From positions 1 to 51,290 of the forward strand of contig CAZQNZ010000001.1 of NCBI GenBank assembly GCA_964594615.1: a DNA stretch of 51,290 nucleotides, read 5' to 3'. The stretch comes from an uncultured Planctomycetia bacterium (GTDB taxonomy: Bacteria > Planctomycetota > MHYJ01 > CAYXQY01). This document shows positions 46,923-51,290 of this stretch, in pieces (the stretch's first letter is position 1; the number at the start of each line of letters is the position of its first letter). The position numbers and the translations under genes are program-made. The notes under the pieces were generated by a model. That model saw nothing but the letters and a program-made list of their open reading frames with translations, did no database searches and was not told where the DNA came from.

Positions 46923-47883
46923 TCCACAGCTCCATGTATTTTTCTCCACCATCAGGCAAAATCGTAACGACCGTCCCCTCGTCCAGGTCCCGGGCCACCT
47001 CCACTGCTGCCCCGACTGACGCACCGGCCGATGGGCCCACGAACAGTCCCTCTTCGCTGGCAAGCCTTCGCATCATCTCGTAGGCGTTGCTGGTCGACGC
47101 TCGTAATTCGCGGTCCGCCACATGCGGGTCATAAATGCCGGGAACCATCGAGGATTCAAGGTGTTTCCATCCTTCGAGCCCATGCAGGGCGGTTTCGGGC
47201 TGAACACTGATCACTTCAATTGAAGCGTCCTGTTCTTTCAGGTAACGAGACGTGCCAACGAACGTTCCAGTTGTGCCCAGCCCGGCGACAAAGTGTGTGA
47301 CGCCACCGTCCGTGTCATCGATAATTTCCGGTCCGGTCGTGTGATAATGGGACTGCCAGTTGAGGTCGTTGTTGTATTGATCCGGGTAAAAGTAGCGTTC
47401 GGGGTGTTCTTCGACGAGTTCTCTTGCTTTTCGAATGGCACCGTCCATTTCTTCCGCGGGGTCCGTGAAGATCAGTTCCGCCCCCAGACCCGAGAGGATG
47501 GCTTTCCGTTCTTTTGTGGCGTTTTGCGGTATGCAGATGGTGACGGGATAATCCATTGCCGCCCCGATGGTCGCATACGCCACGGCGGTGTTTCCACTTG
47601 AAGCATCGATAATTTCCTGTCCGGGTTTGAGCTCACCAGCATCTTCCGCACCGAGAATCATGGCCAGGGCCGGTCGTGCTTTGATCGAACCGGAGAGGTT
47701 GTACCACTCCGCTTTTGCAAAGACCCGAACACCGTCGGAGACGCCATCCGTCACTTTGCCGAATTCGACGAGAGGTGTATCACCGACAAGGTCCAGCAGG
47801 GAATGTCGTTCCCCGGCCCGGTCAAGCGTTTCTTTGGAAATGGAGGTTTGCATGGGATCAGTAAAACGAGCGCGAACTGACAA
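46909..47883 (-). CDS. cysM: PLP-dependent cysteine synthase, CysM/CysK family
   Basis: 324 aa. PLP-lysine motif NLSGSIKARPA, plus ASSGNTAVAYA and GLGTTGTFVG. The start may be Met11 (47853), which would remove the overlap with ctaB. Confidence 0.85.
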   Translation of the reverse strand: MSVRARFTDPMQTSISKETLDRAGERHSLLDLVGDTPLVEFGKVTDGVSDGVRVFAKAEWYNLSGSIKARPALAMILGAEDAGELKPGQEIIDASSGNTAVAYATIGAAMDYPVTICIPQNATKERKAILSGLGAELIFTDPAEEMDGAIRKARELVEEHPERYFYPDQYNNDLNWQSHYHTTGPEIIDDTDGGVTHFVAGLGTTGTFVGTSRYLKEQDASIEVISVQPETALHGLEGWKHLESSMVPGIYDPHVADRELRASTSNAYEMMRRLASEEGLFVGPSAGASVGAAVEVARDLDEGTVVTILPDGGEKYMELWNDED

Positions 47884-48739
47884 ACATGAAAATAAACAGG
47901 AGAAGCAGGTAAAGGTTCGAAAACGAAAACAATTTCAGGGCTGCGGATCGGGTAATTGGTTTTAGCACGAACTGAATCGTGATGCCGAGATAGGCCAATC
48001 CGGTGACAAGAGCAGCGACAAGATACGTTGTTCCGACCATATCCAGCACATAGGGTGTGAGGGAAGCAGGTAACAGAAGCACATTGTACAGCAACGTACG
48101 CCACTTGGTAGCGTCGATTCCTTTCACGACGGGAAACCGCGGAATCTCCGCCTGTTCGTAATCATCCAGGTAGTAAATGCCCAGCGCCCAGAAGTGGGGG
48201 GGTTGCCAGATGAACATGATCATGAACAGGGCAAGGGCTTCCATGCCGAGTGAGCCGGTGGCGGCTGCCCATCCGATGACAGGGGGCATCGACCCGGCAA
48301 TTCCTCCGATCTCCGTGGAGAACGGGGAATGACGCTTCAGCCAGATGGTATAAACGAAAATGTAAAAGAGGATGGTGAACAGCAACAGCCCGGCGGAAAT
48401 CACATTCACGAAAGCGGCCATGAGACCGCACCCGAGGATCCCCAGACAAATACCGAGCACCAGTGCTCGGTTCGGTTCGATTTTCCCGGAGGGCAGCGCC
48501 CGTTCCTTCGTGCGCGACATTTTCTCGTCCAGTTCACGATCAATGTAGTTGTTGAGCGTGCTCGCTGAACTGGATCCAAGGGCTGTTCCAATGAGCATAA
48601 ACAGTAACGTTGGGGCGCTGAAGGCCGTCCCCGCCACCCAGAAGCCCACGAACGTTGTGACAAGGGCAAGCAGAGTAATACGGGGCTTCATGAGGTTCCC
48701 GTAATCCTTCATCCGAGTTGTGAGCGTGGCGGCTGACAT
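47858..48739 (-). CDS. ctaB: protoheme IX farnesyltransferase (heme O synthase)
   Basis: 293 aa of the UbiA family, with NNYIDRELDEKMSRTKERALPSG. Confidence 0.92.
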   Translation of the reverse strand: MSAATLTTRMKDYGNLMKPRITLLALVTTFVGFWVAGTAFSAPTLLFMLIGTALGSSSASTLNNYIDRELDEKMSRTKERALPSGKIEPNRALVLGICLGILGCGLMAAFVNVISAGLLLFTILFYIFVYTIWLKRHSPFSTEIGGIAGSMPPVIGWAAATGSLGMEALALFMIMFIWQPPHFWALGIYYLDDYEQAEIPRFPVVKGIDATKWRTLLYNVLLLPASLTPYVLDMVGTTYLVAALVTGLAYLGITIQFVLKPITRSAALKLFSFSNLYLLLLFIFMFVSSRSFY

Positions 48740-48744
48740 GTGGC

Positions 48745-49707
48745 TTATACCTGCGGTTCATCGACTGCGAGCGATTGCATGTACGGGGCCGGATTCAACG
48801 GTTTAATCGCTGCGAGAAGTGCGATAAGAATCCCGAAAATGAGGGTCGCCGTGAGCAGGTGGACAGTGGACCAGATGACCAGCGTCCAGCTACCGGTCCA
48901 GATGGACATGAGACCCGAAAGGATCTGCAATCCTACCAGAAGGCATTCGGTTATTGCAAGAGAGGTTGCGAACCATGCCCCTTCCTTTACGGTCCGGTAA
49001 AGAAGGTAGACAAACACGACACCAATGGCCAATCCGAGCAGGCGGTGTGAAAAGTGTATAACAGCTGGTTTTGTGAGGGAGGGGAGGATATTCCAGCCTT
49101 CACAGAACGGAATCACCTCCGGACAGCCTCCCCGGCTGCCGGAATGACGCACGTATGCTCCCAGGAGTATCTGACTGAGAACCAGTCCGGATAATACACC
49201 GGTCAGCGAGACCAGAGACGGATAATCGTTCCACGGTTCAAGGGATGAAGGCGCGGCCGATAGCTGGTAGATGCGATAGGTAAGAAAAACAAGGCTCCCG
49301 AAGAACGCGATGCTGGTTCCGTTGTGAAAGACCACCAGCGCAGGGGGCAGATGGTAGCGAACGGTCAGTCCCCCCAGAACGATCTGAACAGCCAGCAGGA
49401 TCACCGCGAGAATGGACAGGTTCCGGATGGAACGGGCATATCGGGGATTGTCGATGGACCAGCACCAGAACGTCAGAATGAGAATAAAAAATCCGACCAG
49501 TGCCGCCAGGATGCGATGGAAGAACTCAATGGCGACGTACATGTTCGTCAGATCAGGAATCCATGCACCGTTACAGGTGGGCCAGTGATCTCCACACCCC
49601 AGACCGGACTGTGTGCGTGTGACGACATTGCCCAGACCGATGAGCAAGAAGGTAAATAACGTGGTTGCCAGTGCCAGAAACAACAGTTTTTTGTGTTTGC
49701 CAGACAT
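48745..49707 (-). CDS. ctaA: heme A synthase (CtaA/COX15 family)
   Basis: 320 aa with about 8 TM helices, His-containing helices (FFHRILA, TVHLLTATL) and an extracytoplasmic Cys pair (GCGDHWPTC). It lies directly upstream of ctaB. Confidence 0.85.
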   Translation of the reverse strand: MSGKHKKLLFLALATTLFTFLLIGLGNVVTRTQSGLGCGDHWPTCNGAWIPDLTNMYVAIEFFHRILAALVGFFILILTFWCWSIDNPRYARSIRNLSILAVILLAVQIVLGGLTVRYHLPPALVVFHNGTSIAFFGSLVFLTYRIYQLSAAPSSLEPWNDYPSLVSLTGVLSGLVLSQILLGAYVRHSGSRGGCPEVIPFCEGWNILPSLTKPAVIHFSHRLLGLAIGVVFVYLLYRTVKEGAWFATSLAITECLLVGLQILSGLMSIWTGSWTLVIWSTVHLLTATLIFGILIALLAAIKPLNPAPYMQSLAVDEPQV

Positions 49708-49937
49708 GGTTTCGAGGTGTGGAATCTGATCGGTGAAGGATTTCGTCGGGAGGCGAACAGTTCAGCAGGGAAAATTCACGTCCACGCGAAACGAACCACC
49801 TGCAGAACGACCGGCTGAACCGTATGATGAGATGCAGTAAATGGATATATTGTACAGACTTCTCCTTTCCGTATAAAGGAATTTCCACTCCACAGTGGGT
49901 TGGTTTTCCTCGGCAGCATGTCCCGCGCGAGCAGGAA

Positions 49938-51154
49938 TCAGGTGGCCAGGAGCGAATCGGACACCGTGAACGCAATGATACCGGCGGAACCAAGGGAAAG
50001 GACCGCCGCAATCCAGAATGGGGCGGAAAAGGTGAGGTAGCCGGCGAGAACACCTCCCATTGCGGGTCCGAGGCCAACACCGAGAACGAACGACATGCCG
50101 ATGATGCTCATCTGTCGGCCGCTTGAACTTGCATCGGCCTTGTCGCCGCCAAGCGCGACGGAGGGGGCAAACACAGCGGCCACAGCAATTCCCTGTAACA
50201 CACGTGCAGCAATTAACTGTTCGGTTGACGTCAGGTAGCCCATCCAGATTGTCACGGGTGCAAGAAAAAGCAAGCCGGTCACAATCGGAATTTTGCGTCC
50301 GTATCGATCGGCGAACCGGGCAATCGGCATCTGAACGAGGATCATGGAAAACAGCAGGGAGCTGAAGGCGATGCTGAATTCAAGCGTGGTTTGATCAAGC
50401 CGGGCGTTGAACTCGTTTTGCAGAGACGATATCAGCGAAATCGACAGGGCCATGGCGAAGTTCCCGGAAGCAATTTTCAGGAAGTCGATCATCCCGGGGG
50501 TGACGTATTCGCTGAGAGTTTCCAGGAATCCGCTTCGGTTTACAGACGGTTTTCCGGTCGGTTCACGGACCAGGAGTGCAATCAGTGCGACACCGATGAA
50601 AGCGGTGAGCGTCGCGAAGATGATCGGAACCTGAAATCCGGACCATTGAATCAGGGTGCCACCGGCCAGAGGACCCAGCGAGAACCCGCTCATCCGCATG
50701 ATGTTATAAAACCCCATAGCTGTGCTTCGTTCTTCGGGGATGGTGTAGGCGGTGATCAGTGAGAGGGTGGTTGGAATCGTCAGCGCGATTCCGGCCCCCT
50801 GGAACAGTCGGACGAGGAAGATCCCCACCGCATCGGTGGTCCATAACAAACATCCCGTGCTCACTGCAAAAAGGCCAGGCCACTGATCAGATAGGGTCGG
50901 TGTCGTCCGCTGCGATCAAGAACAACGCCCGCATACGGCTGCGTAAGAAAATTGGTCACCCCGAATGTAGAAAGGAGTATGCCGATCAGAAAGGGCTCCG
51001 GGAGGCCCGAAAAATGGATCTCAAGGTGCTGGATGTATCTGGGAATGAGAATGATCAACAGGCTCGCCCCGGCGGAATCGATCATCCGGGCAAGCCCGAG
51101 CATAAAAATATCCCGGTTAATACCCCATGAAGATCGTTTCCGGATCATAGACAT
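49938..51154 (-). pseudogene. MFS transporter, reading frame broken by a 1-nt deletion in a T5 run (coding strand)
   Basis: The upstream ORF ends ...VLDRSGRHRPYLISGLAFLQ* (MFS motif A). The downstream ORF continues STGCLLWTTDAVGIFLVRLFQGAGIA in the -1 frame. The junction is at AAAAA 50868-50872. One extra T would give GLAFFAVSTGCLLW. Confidence 0.75.
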
Positions 51155-51238
51155 GCTTCCGGATGTGGTGGCGATCCGAGGCGGGAAAAGGATGGACGGG
51201 ATCGATCGGCACTTTCCTGCAACTCTTCGAATTGTGAA

Positions 51239-51290
51239 TACCCCGAGGAGGATTCGAACCCCCAACACCTGGTTTCGAAGACCAGTGCTC
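51239..51290 (-). tRNA. tRNA-Arg (anticodon UCG), 3' two thirds only; 5' part lies beyond the window
   Basis: Reverse complement is GAGCACTGGTCTTCGAAACCAGGTGTTGGGGGTTCGAATCCTCCTCGGGGTA. It shows anticodon loop CTTCGAA, T-loop TTCGAAT and an acceptor 3' strand. Confidence 0.7.

Noticed and set aside
43699-47063. Ubl + E1 + JAMM as a ubiquitin-like conjugation or antiphage (Bil/CBASS Cap2-Cap3-type) system
   Set aside because: There is no E2-like domain, no effector and no cyclase. The E1 carries a rhodanese domain, and the JAMM gene is translationally coupled to a cysteine synthase. This fits sulfur transfer rather than protein conjugation.
1-51290. CRISPR arrays, transposases, IS elements, prophage genes, toxin-antitoxin pairs
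   Set aside because: I found no regularly spaced repeats and no ORFs with transposase, integrase, Cas or phage signatures. The single XRE regulator has no partner gene.

Overview
This 51.3 kb window is a bacterial chromosomal segment, densely coding and mostly housekeeping. All calls come from reading the ORF track and the sequence by eye; no database search or computation was run.

Content by function:
- Replication and repair: dnaN, a DUF721/DciA-like gene, gyrB, uvrA, smc.
- Heme: a CcsA/HemX-like gene with hemA and hemC, hemE, ctaA and ctaB.
- Leucine: a short leuA-type synthase with leuC and leuD.
- Translation-related: ychF, rimO, and tRNA-Gly(CCC), tRNA-Leu(UAG) and a partial tRNA-Arg(UCG).
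- Envelope and transport: a GT2 glycosyltransferase, a fused ABC-2 exporter, an MsbA-type exporter, an ICMT-family methyltransferase, a small kinase-like protein, a ClC channel and an MFS transporter.

Gene organisation and expression signals:
- Many junctions are ATGA or TAATG overlaps.
- Shine-Dalgarno-like GGAG/GAGG motifs and sigma70-like promoters are visible.
- TGA is used as a stop codon, so the standard code applies.
- Proteins look unusually acidic.

I found no transposase, integrase, CRISPR array, reverse transcriptase or recognisable defence operon, and I cannot point to one clear-cut novel system.

The most unusual items are:
1. A cysteine/thiocarboxylate module: CysM, a JAMM protease, and a MoaD-like carrier fused in cis to its E1-rhodanese activator. 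The module is split by a 1.2 kb ORF-poor spacer rich in repeats and hairpins.
2. A 74-aa membrane-anchored protein whose nine cysteines follow exactly the spacing of the eukaryotic tesmin/TSO1 (LIN54) CXC domain.
3. A single ORF fusing a 7TM-HD (PgpH-type) phosphodiesterase to the YbeY endoribonuclease, with the third zinc-binding His replaced by Asp.
4. A translationally coupled MsbA / ICMT (LmtA-like) / mini-kinase operon.

Two genes, an amidohydrolase and the MFS transporter, are each broken by a 1-nt deletion at a short homopolymer. These may be assembly errors.
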